Shown here in pieces: positions 7,567-17,264 of a stretch of DNA of 43,512 bases. Every line of letters begins with the position of its first letter. The first letter of the stretch is position 1. Origin of the DNA: a virus. The position numbers and the translations under genes are program-made. The stretch lies in IMG/VR virus record IMGVR_UViG_3300037474_000043, one strand, 5' to 3'. Under the pieces are notes generated by a model. It ran no database searches. It had not been told where the DNA came from and was given only the letters and a program-made list of their open reading frames with translations.

Positions 7567-8198
7567 GCGCTCGCCGCCTTGATGGCCTTGAGATAGGCCG
7601 CATAATGCTCAGCGATATGTCCGCCATTCTTGTCCGGGTTGATGATCTTGCGCGCACCGATCGGGTTTTCGCTGTCATGGTCGAAGAACGCCCGCAGCGT
7701 GAGGCCCGTGAAGCGGCCGTTGATCATGCCGTCGACAATGATATGTGCTGCAGCCTCGTTGTGCGAAGCGGAGTCGGGATCGTCGGCAAGCCCGTATTTC
7801 GAATAGTTGTCCTTGCCCGTCACTTGGACGAAGCCGCGCCCCCTGTAGCGCCATCCGTCGTCCGGGCCTACATTCCCCATCCTGCCGCCGTAGACCTTGT
7901 TGGCGAGCTTCTGCGGGTTGTTGGCATAGGGCGTAGCCGCCGCGAGGGTGGGGAAGCGAGACGGCCATACCTGAGTGAGCCGCTTTGCCGAGTAGTTCAG
8001 GTTTTCCTCGACTGGAGCGAACTTGGCGCCGGTCTCATGATGAGCGGTTGCCAGGATGTAGGCGAGCCAACGCGGATCGCTGTAGTCGGTCTTGTCCCAT
8101 TCGTTGAGGATGGCTTCCATCCCCTCGACTTGGAGCTGAGTGAGCTTGCCGGCGAACAATGACGCTCGCACGGCGCTGTAGAAAGCGCTGCGGTTCAT
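7563..8198 (-). CDS. endolysin, glycoside hydrolase family 19 / COG3179-type
   Basis: AHHETG... and YRGRGFVQVTGKDNY motifs. Confidence 0.85.
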   Translation of the reverse strand: MNRSAFYSAVRASLFAGKLTQLQVEGMEAILNEWDKTDYSDPRWLAYILATAHHETGAKFAPVEENLNYSAKRLTQVWPSRFPTLAAATPYANNPQKLANKVYGGRMGNVGPDDGWRYRGRGFVQVTGKDNYSKYGLADDPDSASHNEAAAHIIVDGMINGRFTGLTLRAFFDHDSENPIGARKIINPDKNGGHIAEHYAAYLKAIKAASA

Positions 8199-8295
8199 AT
8201 CGATGTTTCCTTGTGGGTGGGGGATGGCTTGGGAGGACGGTTGCTTTGTCCGGCGCCCTACACTAAATCGTATCTAGCCAAGGGAGAAACCAGCC

Positions 8296-8604
8296 ATGAC
8301 AGGCTCAAGCAACAACGACGCGTTTATGGTCTGGTCGCTGATGGAAAAGCGGTTTCTGTCGGCTATTCTCGCCCAGATCGTAGAGGACGTGCCTCAGTTC
8401 AATCTGGACCGCTTACAGTCCCGCCTTCATGACTTTCAGGAGTCGTTAAGCCCGAACACGGATGACAGGGAGTTCAACGGACAGGTGCGCCTTGGCCTTG
8501 ACTTCCTTGGGGAGTTCGTCGAAATCGTCGAGGACGTGGCCAAGGATAGCTCTGGCAGCGTCCGATATAGGCAGCCCCGGGTTAGTCGGCATCGCCGACG
8601 CTGA
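8296..8604 (+). CDS. hypothetical acidic cytoplasmic protein, opposite strand to the late operon
   Basis: AGGGAGA Shine-Dalgarno 8 nt upstream of the ATG. GC-rich third positions. Confidence 0.6.
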   Translation: MTGSSNNDAFMVWSLMEKRFLSAILAQIVEDVPQFNLDRLQSRLHDFQESLSPNTDDREFNGQVRLGLDFLGEFVEIVEDVAKDSSGSVRYRQPRVSRHRRR

Positions 8605-9399
8605 TCAGGTGGCGCCGACAGCAGCAAAGAACGCTGCATCTGCGTCATAGACAGCATCGCTTTCACCGCTCGTCAGCCCAGCGCCGACGCTGGCCGACCG
8701 AACACGCGCCGCCGAAAAGGCACTCGCGCCACCTCTCGACAGCAAATTGATGATGCCTGACGGTAGGCCGGTCGATGCCGCCGAACTCGTTCCCACTTGC
8801 GTCTTGTCGCGTCGAATTTCAGCAGTCGTCGAGCCTGTCCGCGTCACCATGGATTGCCCGACGCTGGTCGCCACAGTGGCCGTTATGTTCGTGGTGTTGG
8901 TCACGATGCCGAGAAACAGATTGTCCGTTCGGCGGGGGTCGATCGACAGCACGAAAGTGCCGCCGCACCCTGCAGCCGTGGTGTTGGCCGCGAGATTGTT
9001 GCCGACATTGACCATCAGATGTGCGCTGTTCTGCGTCAGAATGCCGCCACCATTGGTGTTCGGCTGAATGCCCGTCGACAAGCTGTCGTCGATACCGTCG
9101 CCAGTGACGCCGCTGAGCGCCGCGAAAACGGGAGTGCTCGCCGGCACGAGCGTGAACGACGTCGAGAGCAGGTTCAAATACGCTGCCTGCACGTCATGCG
9201 TCGCGAGAATGTAGCGCGCCAGGAACTTCGAGAGCCCAATGGCCTTATGCGCCGTGAACCAGACGTCATATGCCCGCTTTTGGTCGTAGGTCGGCGGAAC
9301 CGTCATTCTCGCTATGGCGGTCGCCGCTTCCGTATTCGTGAAGTTGTAGACGGACGCCCGAATAAACGGGAGACCCAAGCCAATCGCCAACGATGTCAT
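8605..9399 (-). CDS. tail-associated protein (possible lectin-like receptor-binding accessory)
   Basis: Last gene of the fibre cluster; T/S/N/G-rich beta-type composition. Confidence 0.5.
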   Translation of the reverse strand: MTSLAIGLGLPFIRASVYNFTNTEAATAIARMTVPPTYDQKRAYDVWFTAHKAIGLSKFLARYILATHDVQAAYLNLLSTSFTLVPASTPVFAALSGVTGDGIDDSLSTGIQPNTNGGGILTQNSAHLMVNVGNNLAANTTAAGCGGTFVLSIDPRRTDNLFLGIVTNTTNITATVATSVGQSMVTRTGSTTAEIRRDKTQVGTSSAASTGLPSGIINLLSRGGASAFSAARVRSASVGAGLTSGESDAVYDADAAFFAAVGAT

Positions 9400-9415
9400 G
9401 TGTGCCTACCCGGAA

Positions 9416-10570
9416 TTAGTTGTTTGGCCCGAGGGTGTTGCCTTCCCGGATAACACTGGGGTCTATCGAGTGGCCGGTAGCGCCATTGGCATTCTCGATG
9501 CCGTAGCGTCCATTGTTGGACAGGCTTGCCGCCGCCCCGACATAGATGCCGCTCGCCTTGGTCTTGATGCCGCTGCCGACATTGCCTTCAACGTCCGCAC
9601 CCTTAACGCGCAGCTTGCCGACATTTTCGACATTGATGCCATGCACGCCATTAGCCGAGTATTCGCCGCCGGACACGGTCACAGTCGAGACCGATGTTGC
9701 ATTATTGAGGTTCAACCCGCTTTCGCCACTGTCTCGTACGACATTGTCGGTCAGGGTGACGCGCCCGCCGGCAGTGGCCAACTGATAAACAACCACGCCA
9801 TCACGGCCGCTCCCCTGCGAGTGACAACCCGTCATCACCACTTCGGAAGGTTCATTTGCTGGTAGGTCGATATTGTCGCCTACACCAAATCCCCAGGTGG
9901 TGTTGTCGGTCGCGGTGCAGTTGATCATGGCAACTTCACGGCCTCGAACGTCAAAGCCCTTGTCGTAATTGCCTTTCGCATGACAGCCGATGATGGTGGT
10001 CCTGCGGGAATACTTGATATCGAGCCCGTCATAGGTTTCACTGGTCAGGCTGCCGATGCCATTATCCAGGAACTGGCAGTTTTCGATGTACGTGTCTTCC
10101 TGCGTTCCCGGAACGGCGTTCGTGCCAGCCTGCAAGGCCATGCCGTAGCCGCTGGCGTTCTTGAACACGCAGTCTCGGGCGCGAAAGCTTCGAAGGTTCT
10201 CGAGATCCAGAGCACTGGCCGCATTTACGCGCGGCTGGTTGGCGACATTGCCATCAAATATGAGCCCCTCCAGACCGAGCCAGTTCAATACGCCGTCGCC
10301 GTCGGTGATCTTGTGCTTGATAATGCGCTGATCGGTGCCTGCCTTAGCTTTAAGAGTGGTCGCACCCGGAACGCCCCTCAAGTAGAGGTAATCCACGAGC
10401 AGCAACGTTGAGGTGACGTAGATGCCCGGCGGGAAGAAGATTTCAGCGCCACCCATGGCCAGCGCTCGTTGGAAACAAGCGAAAATGGCGTTGGCATCGT
10501 CGGTGCTGTTGTCGCCTTTGACGCCAAAATTTTTGACGTTGAGAGATCCAAGGGAGAGAATTGCGCTCAT
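9416..10570 (-). CDS. tailspike with a pectate-lyase-type right-handed beta-helix (polysaccharide depolymerase)
   Basis: N-terminal NVKNFGVKGDNSTDDANAI motif; repetitive beta-helix-like sequence. Confidence 0.85.
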   Translation of the reverse strand: MSAILSLGSLNVKNFGVKGDNSTDDANAIFACFQRALAMGGAEIFFPPGIYVTSTLLLVDYLYLRGVPGATTLKAKAGTDQRIIKHKITDGDGVLNWLGLEGLIFDGNVANQPRVNAASALDLENLRSFRARDCVFKNASGYGMALQAGTNAVPGTQEDTYIENCQFLDNGIGSLTSETYDGLDIKYSRRTTIIGCHAKGNYDKGFDVRGREVAMINCTATDNTTWGFGVGDNIDLPANEPSEVVMTGCHSQGSGRDGVVVYQLATAGGRVTLTDNVVRDSGESGLNLNNATSVSTVTVSGGEYSANGVHGINVENVGKLRVKGADVEGNVGSGIKTKASGIYVGAAASLSNNGRYGIENANGATGHSIDPSVIREGNTLGPNN

Positions 10571-11019
10571 GGGAAAAGAATGACCTCCACAAGGTAATAT
10601 TCGAGTGTGAGAGTGTCGCCGGCATCAGCAAGTTGCCCCGAAAGCACGAGGTCGGCGCCCGTAACCAGGTTCACAGAAGCGCTTGCCGGGGATGAGCTAC
10701 TGGTGGCCCATCCGCCCGTGCCGCCAGGAAAGCCGACTTGCGTAGACCCGCGATTGACGATGTCTCTCTGCTCGCGCCGGCTGATGATGGTGGTCTGGAT
10801 GTTGATGCCCATGACCGCGCCCGACAGCCCGCCGAGGCGGATGCGGTTCGTCTTGTCGTTCGCGTTGTTGTTGTTCGTCCACTGGGTCGTGACGCGGATC
10901 AAGGATTGCGCCGGGATGTTGGCCAGTGGGATGGTCGCGAGTGCCGTTTCGGCAGTCGTGCCCGTAAGCGTGAACGGGCCATCGTTTCCGAAGACCCGCT
11001 TGTTACCAAGCCCTGTCAT
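10567..11019 (-). CDS. hypothetical tail protein (150 aa)
   Basis: ATGA overlap; position. Confidence 0.55.
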   Translation of the reverse strand: MTGLGNKRVFGNDGPFTLTGTTAETALATIPLANIPAQSLIRVTTQWTNNNNANDKTNRIRLGGLSGAVMGINIQTTIISRREQRDIVNRGSTQVGFPGGTGGWATSSSSPASASVNLVTGADLVLSGQLADAGDTLTLEYYLVEVILFP

Positions 11020-11031
11020 GATTTAAGTCCC

Positions 11032-11292
11032 TCAGAACGTGTAGAGATAAAAGCCGTCATCAGCGACACGGCGCGCGGCCGAAGGCAGCGGGGAGCCGTT
11101 CAGCCAAAAGAGCGAGCCGGCCGGGATCGTCAGTGGCCCCTCGACGATGGTGCTCAGCGCGTAATAGACTTGAGCCCCGTCGAAGGTCGTACGGGTCAAA
11201 TCGCCAATGTCGGACTCGCCGGTCTCGTCGAAAGGGCCGATCCACTCAAGGCCGTCTTCCGGTTGGGCGACCCATTCAAGCGTTGTGGCCAT
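11032..11292 (-). CDS. hypothetical protein (86 aa)
   Basis: ORF in an operon context. Confidence 0.5.
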   Translation of the reverse strand: MATTLEWVAQPEDGLEWIGPFDETGESDIGDLTRTTFDGAQVYYALSTIVEGPLTIPAGSLFWLNGSPLPSAARRVADDGFYLYTF

Positions 11293-11633
11293 CAGTCGTC
11301 ACCATTTGTCGTGACGGTCTTCACAAGGCGCACGACCGCTTTTTTTGAGATGATCACGGAGGTGTTCGTGTCTATCCTGACATCGACAAAATAATTGCCG
11401 GGGCGAATGAGCAGGCTTTGCTCTGGCGTGCCCGTCACGTCCCAGCTGGCGGGCGTAGGGCTGGCTTCCGGCGCAAAGGAAACCGCGAATTCAAGAAGCT
11501 CCACACCAGCCGGGTCCGATCCGGATTTCCGCTTGAGGGTGCATCTCGCCTCTTCATCGCCACTGAAGTCTCCATCGACGATGCTTAGGCTCATGTTGAG
11601 CGTAGAGCCCTGCCGCCAGATGTATGTCGCCAT
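11292..11633 (-). CDS. hypothetical protein (113 aa)
   Basis: One-base stop/start overlaps on both sides. Confidence 0.55.
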   Translation of the reverse strand: MATYIWRQGSTLNMSLSIVDGDFSGDEEARCTLKRKSGSDPAGVELLEFAVSFAPEASPTPASWDVTGTPEQSLLIRPGNYFVDVRIDTNTSVIISKKAVVRLVKTVTTNGDD

Positions 11634-12862
11634 TACTTGCCCCTCGCGTCGATCCAGCCATGCGTTATGATTTGGATGGTCGTATTGACTGTGGTGGCGC
11701 GCGTACGAACCTGGGCGCTCGTATTGGTGCGAACATCGATATCGTTTCGATCGCCCGCGCCGCTGACGGCGCCAACGGATACGCCTGGTGTGTCGAGAAG
11801 ATCGGGCGCGGTGTCTGGAACATCCGGCGACGATACGAGCACGCCCCAGTTCGAGACCGCGTTTTCGCCGCGTAGCCGCAGCCTTGCGATCACATTGACG
11901 CCTGTCGGGACCGTAAGAGTTCGCAAGTTGGCCGTTGTGCCCTGTCCTAGATCCACATCCTTGACAGGTGTCGATAGAAGGAACTCATCACGGAACTGGC
12001 TGAAGGCCCGGATGGAACCAGAAGCGCGAATGATCGAGCCGATGCGCCGGAACACGGTGTAGTTCGCCGGCAGGGTCGGAGAAGTCGCTGAGGTCGAAAA
12101 CAGCACGTCCACGACGCCCGTATCGAGCCGCTTGATCAGATGGACGTGATACGTAGTGTCAGAAGCCGAACCAGTATCCAAGCCGCCCTGATTGGTCCCG
12201 ACAACCCACAGAGCATCGAGCTGCTTCGTAATCGCCGATGTGAGCGCCAGCATATAGGTGTTGGTGCTGTCCATGCAGGAGCCGACAGCGATGTCAATAT
12301 CGTTCGTCGCGTCCGTGACGTTATTCGAGAGTGTCAGCCCGCCAAGATGATTGCGCGGCGCCAGGGCGTTCGACGACTCTGCGATGGGGGCAAGGAACGT
12401 CGTGCGGAAAGCCGATCCGTCGCATACGATCCCAGCCGCGAAGCCGGACGGAATGACGAAGACCGAGCCGCCGTTGATCTGCTCCGAGGCGTTCGGGTCA
12501 ATGACAACAATGCCGCTGCCGGCAATGACCGTGCAGAACCAGTTTGCTTCAAGTGTCGCGGCTGCAGTCAATGTCAATGTGGCAGCTGCCGTGAAGCGGA
12601 TAACGCCATTCTTGTCGCCGGCTACTGCGGTATAGGCGCCGCTCTTGGTCGTGTAGGCCAGGGCCGCATCAACACCGAGATTTTCACGCGCATCCGCTGC
12701 GGTAGACGCACCTGTGCCGCCTTGCGAGACGGGGACATCAACATTGAAGGTGGCCGCAAAATCATCCATCAGCGTGTTGTATGCCGAGGACGAAATGACG
12801 GTGTTGGATACAGCAGTAGTGCCCGTGGGCTTCGAGTAGATGCCCGCGCCGTTTCTAGGCAT
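11633..12862 (-). CDS. tail fibre protein
   Basis: N-terminus MPRNGAGIYS...VSQGGTGASTAADARENLG is typical of phage fibre proteins. Confidence 0.75.
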   Translation of the reverse strand: MPRNGAGIYSKPTGTTAVSNTVISSSAYNTLMDDFAATFNVDVPVSQGGTGASTAADARENLGVDAALAYTTKSGAYTAVAGDKNGVIRFTAAATLTLTAAATLEANWFCTVIAGSGIVVIDPNASEQINGGSVFVIPSGFAAGIVCDGSAFRTTFLAPIAESSNALAPRNHLGGLTLSNNVTDATNDIDIAVGSCMDSTNTYMLALTSAITKQLDALWVVGTNQGGLDTGSASDTTYHVHLIKRLDTGVVDVLFSTSATSPTLPANYTVFRRIGSIIRASGSIRAFSQFRDEFLLSTPVKDVDLGQGTTANLRTLTVPTGVNVIARLRLRGENAVSNWGVLVSSPDVPDTAPDLLDTPGVSVGAVSGAGDRNDIDVRTNTSAQVRTRATTVNTTIQIITHGWIDARGK

Positions 12863-12909
12863 TTAATGCCTCCTTGAAATTCGTATAGGCTGCGCTAATT
12901 TGAGGAACG

Positions 12910-13164
12910 ATGGCTCAACAGATCGAACACGACCCGGACGAACCCCCGCGAGAGAAGGGGGCTAATCCTTGGCCTTTGGCGTTTCTGATGGGATGCGTCT
13001 TCACCGCGATGCTATGGGCATCTTCGGGGATTGATTGGCCATCAATGCTGATGGGTGCTCTACTGGCGTTCACCGCCTCGTTCTGGTTCGTCGGCTTTAT
13101 GCGCTACAAACTGTTCAAGTCATGGAACGGCACGGGCGGGAACGGGCGCTCCAGCCGCGATTAG
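12910..13164 (+). CDS. small 2-TM membrane protein, opposite strand to the late operon
   Basis: GAGGAA Shine-Dalgarno. TTGAAA-16-TAATTT promoter-like element at 12875-12902. Two hydrophobic helices. Confidence 0.55.
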   Translation: MAQQIEHDPDEPPREKGANPWPLAFLMGCVFTAMLWASSGIDWPSMLMGALLAFTASFWFVGFMRYKLFKSWNGTGGNGRSSRD

Positions 13165-15294
13165 CGCCGAAACAATCTTCGCTTTGGTCTCGTCCGAGAG
13201 CGCGATGTTCTTTGCGCTTGCGGAAAACAATTCCTGCGCCGCCTGCGGGTTCGTTTCCATCAAGGCAGGGATAAGCTTTTCAACAACGCTTGGCGGCATG
13301 CCGCGAGCCGCATTGGCGGTCTGAGACAAGGCCGAAACGATCGCATTTTTCCAGTTGCCGCTGATGAAGGAAGACACAACGCCTGGATCAAGCGCGCTAT
13401 CTCCGATATCCGACAGATTGTCAGCGGTCTTGCTGCCACCCAGCGCAGTCTGCGCCGTGTCCGTCATCGTGTTCTCACGAGCCAGGCGCCGCATTAGCTG
13501 GTCGCCGCGCCCCGGATATGCCAACGAAGGTAGTTCTCGCCGCATGCTATCGGAAGTGAACTGGCGAGCCACATCGGGCATTTTGCCCTTAGTCGTCTCT
13601 GCCTGAGCAATCTTCGGGTCGAAATATCCTACACGAGCTGCCTGTTGTGCCTCTTCATCAGGCAAGGCGCCAAACGTCGACAGGGTATCGTCAACGCGAT
13701 TACGCCCCCGCGCCAGCTCCCTGCCTGTGTCTACAGCATCAACACGCTGCGACGCGGTCCGGTAGGCATCGCGGGCCGCCGCATATTGCTGCGAAGTTGC
13801 GGCCAGCGCTTCGTCGAGTGCATCTCTAACAGGCATCAAGGCTTCAACCTGACCGCCCTGACCATTCTCGGTCGCCTTGGCAATCATCTGGTCAATGTTG
13901 GTCTTTGCGCGAAACGCCTTCTCAACATTCGTGACCGTGAGATTGTCCGATGCCAGATATGAGCGAGCCTCGCGGACAGCCTCGCGGATGGGGTCTCGGA
14001 TCGAGCGTTCGGCGGCTTCGATCGGCGCCCGTGATGCGAGGTCGGTCGCTAGATCCCCACGGGTGGTAGCCAGATTGTCTGCAACAGGCGAAATAGCGCG
14101 GTTAGCCAGCCGGACGGGCTCGCTGACATTGATGGCGGACGTGTCTTCCATGACGGGCGCATAGTTGCGCGCAGCATCCTCTGCCCGACGAGAACGCAAG
14201 AGTTGCTGATACTGCTCAGCGGTCAAAACGGATCCGGATGCATCCTGCAAGTCGGCAGCTACACGCCGGCCCTGATCCATCTGACGGCTAAGCAGAGCGT
14301 CAACGACACCCTTTCTACCATCGTTCGGCGTGCGTGCGGCCGTCGACATAACGCGTTGCCCTGGAAGCTCAAGCGCATCAGCGGCCATATACATGTTCTG
14401 GCCATCGTCTTGGGCGCCCTGTAGCCGTGCTGCAAGGTCGTCAGCTGTCAGACCGGAGCGCTTCAGCAGCGCCGCCATGATCTTGTCCTTGGCCGCCTCC
14501 GGCCCGTAAGACGCCATAGCTCGGTCGAAGATTTCCTTGCCGCCGGCAATGACCGCAGGGGTGACGCCGCCCAAAACAGCGCCGAGTCCGCCTCCGATCG
14601 CAGCCTTCTTCATGCGGTCAGTGACATCTTCCCCCGACCCGAGGCCTTGCAGACTGCCTAGAGCGCCGCCCTCGACCGACCCAAGCCCCATCAATCGCCA
14701 AAGGCTTGCGCCATCTTTTGCGGCATTGGCAGAGAGTGACATGCCGTTCTTGACCAGACCAGCGCCCTGCGTCACGCCTCCTAGGAGTTGGCCAGTGACC
14801 CGTTCGCCAGTCCGTTCGGCTGCATCGGCCTTATCGATAGCGCGCTGATCGGCAATATTCTTCTCGAGCTTTTTGCCCTCTATGAAGGGGCCACGCGTAA
14901 AATCGAAGCCGACTGAGATATCGCCAGGGTTTTCGACGAGGGTATTACCCAGCCCCGCGATCTCATCTGCCAACCCAAACGACAGCGTATCGGCCCCACC
15001 GCGTACCATCGTGTCGATCTTGCCCAGCGTGGTATCGCGCTCGTTCTGCCCTTCGCCTTTGATGTCTCGGGCGATATTCCGGCCAAGCCAGCCACCGATG
15101 AACGCGCCAGGATTGGCATATTCCGTGTACTGCGTGATCTTCTTGGCGGTAGAAAGCCAGCCGTCATCTTCTTTCGAAGCCGCCGGCAATTCCCCTCCAG
15201 TGTGCTTCTTCAGGGCCTCCATTGCCCCTTCCGGGCTGTCACCAGTGATCTTGTACTTTTTGCCGTCTGGGCCGGTGATGAGATAGGTTCCCAT
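13120..15294 (-). CDS. large internal virion / ejection protein (724 aa)
   Basis: Size, Ala/Gly-rich helical composition, position before the fibres, TAATG coupling. Confidence 0.6.
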   Translation of the reverse strand: MGTYLITGPDGKKYKITGDSPEGAMEALKKHTGGELPAASKEDDGWLSTAKKITQYTEYANPGAFIGGWLGRNIARDIKGEGQNERDTTLGKIDTMVRGGADTLSFGLADEIAGLGNTLVENPGDISVGFDFTRGPFIEGKKLEKNIADQRAIDKADAAERTGERVTGQLLGGVTQGAGLVKNGMSLSANAAKDGASLWRLMGLGSVEGGALGSLQGLGSGEDVTDRMKKAAIGGGLGAVLGGVTPAVIAGGKEIFDRAMASYGPEAAKDKIMAALLKRSGLTADDLAARLQGAQDDGQNMYMAADALELPGQRVMSTAARTPNDGRKGVVDALLSRQMDQGRRVAADLQDASGSVLTAEQYQQLLRSRRAEDAARNYAPVMEDTSAINVSEPVRLANRAISPVADNLATTRGDLATDLASRAPIEAAERSIRDPIREAVREARSYLASDNLTVTNVEKAFRAKTNIDQMIAKATENGQGGQVEALMPVRDALDEALAATSQQYAAARDAYRTASQRVDAVDTGRELARGRNRVDDTLSTFGALPDEEAQQAARVGYFDPKIAQAETTKGKMPDVARQFTSDSMRRELPSLAYPGRGDQLMRRLARENTMTDTAQTALGGSKTADNLSDIGDSALDPGVVSSFISGNWKNAIVSALSQTANAARGMPPSVVEKLIPALMETNPQAAQELFSASAKNIALSDETKAKIVSALIAAGAPVPARAVP

Positions 15295-17264
15295 TACTCA
15301 GGAACCTCCTCGACCGTGTAGCCGTCGATTTCCGTCTTCTTTGCCTTCTGCTGCCTGCGGAACTCTTCGAGCGGGTTGGGCAGCTGCTCAAGCCTCTTCG
15401 TGGCCTCCTGTCGCGTCAACGTGCCCATCCTGACCTGATTGGCGATTTCGCCCTGACGCTGCTTGTATTCGGCAAGTCCGCGCATCACGCCGATGATCTT
15501 TTCGTTGCCGCCTGGCTGGTTCCAAAGGCTCGGAAGCGAAGACTTGAAAAGCTCAACGTCGCGGTCAGACATAGTACCAGACCCCGGCTGGCGCTGGCTT
15601 GGAACAAGCTTGTTAATGAGCGCCGTAGCGGCGGTCAAATCGTCCGCGCCTTCGAAATTCAGACCCCAACCGGCCGCGACCGAAGCTAGACCGGTCATCG
15701 TGCCGCCCTGTCCCTTCGTGAAGTCGTCAAGCTGGTTGATGATATCGACATCGGCCCGTGCGTTTAGGCCTTCGTCAGCCATCTTGTTGAATGCGTCGGC
15801 TTGGCCTTCAGCAAGCTTCTTATCGAAGGCGTTTTCTGCCTGCATGTTATTGTTGACCACATTGCGCGATGCGCTGGAGGCCCTGAGTGCCTGTTCCCAT
15901 TCCAGCGGGCCAAGCGCCGGCTGTCCGAGGTCTTCCATCGACTGCTTGTAATATTCGTACTTCTGGATCGTCTCGGGCTTTTTCGACTTCTCCCAATTGA
16001 GCTTTTCACGGTCCATGTCGAGCTTGGCTTGGTCGAGCGGAGAAATGGTCGTCCGCGCCGCTTGATCTGCTTCGAACTTCTGCTTGTCGAGATCAAGCTT
16101 GGCCTGCTCTGCTGCGGAAAGCGTCGTCCTGTTAGCCTGATCAGCGGCAAACTTGTCCTGTTCAAGCTTCAGACGCGCCGCGTCGGCCGGTGAAATCTTC
16201 GGGTTGCGGAGGTTATCGAGCTCAAGCCTGCCCTTCTCAAGATCCTGAATATATGCCGGATCCGACTGCTTCAGCTGCTGCTGGCGCAATGCGTCCTCTT
16301 CGGCAAAGCGGCGCTTGATCAGCGTCTCAGCGACGGCCTTCTTGCCTGGGTCAAGGAACGGGTTGTTCATGACCTCTACAGCCTTCATCACGTCGAAATC
16401 AGGCTGACGCTTCTGGAGGGCCTGCGCCACCTTGACAGTCGGCTTCTCGGCAAGCGGATCGGGCTGCTGGAACCCATCAGGGACAGGCACGACATCAACC
16501 GGTTTGTTCGCCGTGGTCGGCACGGATGCGTCAAGGCTCGCGACCTGGTCCTGGTTGATCCCATCCCAGCGGTTCACGCCGACTTTCTTTGCGCCGAACC
16601 ACTGCCGCCAGCCGTCCCGCTTTGCGGTATCGAGCGCGAAGTCGATCATCTGGTTGACGTTCTTTGGATCACGCGGGTCAAGCCCGGTTTTCTCCATGAA
16701 GTCGTTGCCCATGCCGCGCGGAAATGTCTTGCCATCACCCACGAGCATCTGGAACGGCCCATAGGAAGGCTCGTACATGTCGCCCTTCTTGACGCGGGAC
16801 TGCCAGACACCCGGCGCAAGACCTTCAGAGCGAGCGACCTTGACCGCATAGTCGGGATTGATGCCGCGCTTCTGTGCCGCCTGCCTGATATAGGCTTCCT
16901 GTGCTGCCAGATCGCCCGTGAGAGGCTGCTGAGGCGAGGCGTCAACGGCATCTTGGGGGGATTTGATGACTGGCGACGGAGTGGCTGCAGCCGTATCGCT
17001 TGCGGTATCGCTCGGGTTCAACAGGCTGTCAAACATGCCGGAGAAGGCTGAATTGGCTTGGTCAACGCCCGCCTTCTCGGATTTGGCTGCCCGATCCATC
17101 ATGATCCGGTAGGCGAGCGCATCGCCGAGGGACGCAATACCTTCCCCGACGTTCTGGGGCGTGCGGCTGCTCCGAACCATCGACCGGGCCACGGCGCGCA
17201 TCTGCTCCAGTTCCTGCGGAGTCTTGGGCATGCCATCGCCGCCGAAGATGAAGCTATAGGCCAT
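15294..17264 (-). CDS. large internal virion / ejection protein with a possible lytic-transglycosylase-like segment and 3 x 25-aa tandem repeats
   Basis: ARSEGL...SYGPFQM resembles an SLT core. Repeats lie at 15969-16196. Confidence 0.55.
   Translation of the reverse strand: MAYSFIFGGDGMPKTPQELEQMRAVARSMVRSSRTPQNVGEGIASLGDALAYRIMMDRAAKSEKAGVDQANSAFSGMFDSLLNPSDTASDTAAATPSPVIKSPQDAVDASPQQPLTGDLAAQEAYIRQAAQKRGINPDYAVKVARSEGLAPGVWQSRVKKGDMYEPSYGPFQMLVGDGKTFPRGMGNDFMEKTGLDPRDPKNVNQMIDFALDTAKRDGWRQWFGAKKVGVNRWDGINQDQVASLDASVPTTANKPVDVVPVPDGFQQPDPLAEKPTVKVAQALQKRQPDFDVMKAVEVMNNPFLDPGKKAVAETLIKRRFAEEDALRQQQLKQSDPAYIQDLEKGRLELDNLRNPKISPADAARLKLEQDKFAADQANRTTLSAAEQAKLDLDKQKFEADQAARTTISPLDQAKLDMDREKLNWEKSKKPETIQKYEYYKQSMEDLGQPALGPLEWEQALRASSASRNVVNNNMQAENAFDKKLAEGQADAFNKMADEGLNARADVDIINQLDDFTKGQGGTMTGLASVAAGWGLNFEGADDLTAATALINKLVPSQRQPGSGTMSDRDVELFKSSLPSLWNQPGGNEKIIGVMRGLAEYKQRQGEIANQVRMGTLTRQEATKRLEQLPNPLEEFRRQQKAKKTEIDGYTVEEVPE
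15969..16196 (-). repeat. three tandem ~75-nt (25-aa) repeats inside the 656-aa gene
   Basis: ISPADAARLKLEQDKFAADQANRTT / LSAAEQAKLDLDKQKFEADQAARTT / ISPLDQAKLDMDREKLNWEKSKKPET. Confidence 0.8.

Noticed and set aside
8245-8250. A TTGTCC operator half-site upstream of the opposite-strand gene at 8296.
   Set aside because: A lone hexamer is expected many times by chance, and no palindromic partner is present.
8605-12862. A diversity-generating retroelement near the tail fibre genes, as in BPP-1-like podoviruses.
   Set aside because: No reverse transcriptase ORF exists anywhere in the window, and I saw no template/variable repeat pair by eye. A dot-plot would be needed to exclude short repeats fully.
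13120-17264. The 724-aa and 656-aa proteins as tape-measure proteins of a long-tailed phage.
   Set aside because: No tail tube, sheath, chaperone-frameshift or baseplate genes are present. The gene order (portal-scaffold-capsid-adaptor-nozzle-ejection proteins-fibres) fits a podovirus, so they are called internal/ejection proteins. This remains an inference.
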